DNA from: Candidatus Limnocylindrales bacterium
Lineage (GTDB): Bacteria; Chloroflexota; Limnocylindria; Limnocylindrales; CSP1-4
Length of the DNA stretch: 64,000 bases
Direction: 5' to 3'
Assembly: GCA_036002525.1 (NCBI GenBank)
Contig: DASYTG010000034.1
Location: 41,257 to 105,256 of the forward strand
Part shown: positions 63,178 through 64,000 of the stretch, piece by piece
Position numbering within the stretch: position 1 is the stretch's first letter
Layout of the letters: each line of letters starts with the position of its first letter
The notes under the pieces: model-generated
Seen by the model: the letters and a program-made list of their open reading frames with translations, nothing else
The model's database searches: none
Told to the model about the DNA's origin: nothing
Program-made: the position numbers and the translations under genes

Positions 63178-63728
63178 CGGCCGACGGCGTTCGCGCCGCC
63201 ACGGCGGAGGACGCTCCCGCGGTGGCCCGCGTTCACGTCGACACGTGGCGCGCGGCCTATGCGGGGGTCGTCCCGCAGGCGGTTCTCGACGGGCTGTCGG
63301 TTGAACGACGCGAGGCGTTCTGGCGGAAGACAGTGGAGGAACCCGGCGACCATCGCCTTTGGGTGGCCGAGTCGGCGGGACAGGTCGTCGGGTTTGCATC
63401 GACCGGTCCGGGTCGCGACGACGATCTCCCGGCCGGGGCGGGCGAGCTCATGGCGATCTACGTCGCGCCAGCGGCGTGGGGCGAGGGCTTCGGGGCGCGC
63501 TTGTTCCGCCACGCGATCGCGGATCTTCGCGAGCGGAACATCCACCCGGTCGTGCTGTGGGTCCTCACGGACAACCCCCGGGGCCGCAACTTCTACGAGG
63601 CCATGGGCTGGCAACCGGACGGCGCCGTGCGCCCGATCGACTTCGGCGGCATCGCGGTCGAAGAGATCCGCTACCGGTCCGCTCCGCCGGGCCCGCCCGA
63701 CGCTCCCACGGGAGCCTCGGCCGGTTGA
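63174..63728 (+). CDS. GNAT family N-acetyltransferase
   Basis: The ATG overlaps the upstream stop (ATGA). LMAIYVAPAAWGEGFGARLFRHAI and NPRGRNFYEAMGW. Confidence 0.85.
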   Translation: MTADGVRAATAEDAPAVARVHVDTWRAAYAGVVPQAVLDGLSVERREAFWRKTVEEPGDHRLWVAESAGQVVGFASTGPGRDDDLPAGAGELMAIYVAPAAWGEGFGARLFRHAIADLRERNIHPVVLWVLTDNPRGRNFYEAMGWQPDGAVRPIDFGGIAVEEIRYRSAPPGPPDAPTGASAG

Positions 63729-63847
63729 GGCCGGTACGAATGACCATCCGGGGCCGGGACCCTTGGCGGCTCGGCCCCGGGTGACAACGAACGGCATCAT
63801 GAAGCGGTCGCCGTCCGGGGCCGCCCCGAGCTCCCGGACCGGCGTCG

Positions 63848-64000
63848 ATGCGGGGTCGGTGCGTGCGCTTCTTCACATCCCGTCCGGGCGAGGACGAGCG
63901 GCTCCTGTGGTCCCGTGACATCCGGTTTACGAACCGGGTGTCGCAGGTGCTGCCGGAGGCCCGCGTCCTCGAGCTCGAGTCGGGCAGCGCGATCATCGCC
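63848..64000 (+). CDS. hypothetical protein, partial (runs off window end)
   Basis: Own translation from the ATG at 63848: MRGRCVRFFTSRPGEDERLLWSRDIRFTNRVSQVLPEARVLELESGSAIIA..., open to the window end. Only 51 codons are visible. Confidence 0.3.
   Translation, partial: MRGRCVRFFTSRPGEDERLLWSRDIRFTNRVSQVLPEARVLELESGSAIIA

Overview
High-GC, actinobacterium-like chromosomal segment. Hand-counted sample lines give roughly 70-80% GC in the flanks. It is densely coding on both strands. All calls come from reading the translations and DNA by eye, with no database or HMM search. Many long ORFs in the track are Arg/Pro/Gly-rich antisense or N-terminally over-extended shadows, so I trimmed starts using motifs, Shine-Dalgarno sequences and 4-nt start/stop overlaps. 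Backbone genes: partial alpha/beta hydrolase; an uncharacterised ~500-aa protein next to a 1194-aa RecB-like nuclease/SF1 helicase; M20 peptidase; SAM methyltransferase; amidinotransferase-fold enzyme; two PQQ-type sugar dehydrogenase paralogues; FAD oxidoreductase plus class-V aminotransferase; pirin-YceI divergent from MarR; DUF72; cupins; class A PBP; AI-2E transporter; two paralogous soluble GAF/PAS histidine kinases; CorA; a small stress-protein cluster (GlsB/YeaQ, hydrophilic CsbD-like protein, hemerythrin, zinc-ribbon membrane protein); topoisomerase IB; ABC-2 exporter; GT4 glycosyltransferase; APH-family kinase; AceE; KdpE-like response regulator; a translationally coupled PncA / SRPBCC-DoxX / DUF4166 / 5'-3' exonuclease operon; IMPase; LLM oxidoreductase; HIT; MTAP; DUF1684; GNAT. 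The stand-out is an ~11-kb lower-GC insertion (about 38430-49458; sampled lines ~58-67% GC). It is bounded by an imperfect 15-bp direct repeat, and the right copy overlaps the stop codon of the APH-family gene. It encodes a K/A-rich DNA-binding protein overlapping a tyrosine integrase. It also carries an XRE-headed operon with a T7 gp4-like primase-helicase, an endonuclease VII and several orphans, plus an iteron-like intergenic region. Its cargo block holds a 470-558-aa orphan, a three-gene translationally coupled cassette led by a small multi-TM protein, and a lipoprotein. I recognised no capsid, tail, terminase or conjugation genes. That layout resembles a phage satellite or minimal integrative island, and its cargo is the best candidate here for an undescribed system, possibly defence or exclusion. 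Other points of interest: a 6C-like sRNA candidate, a start-codon-sequestering UUCG hairpin/palindrome, tandem repeats upstream of the response regulator, and a possibly frameshifted small membrane gene. No rRNA, tRNA or CRISPR array was found.
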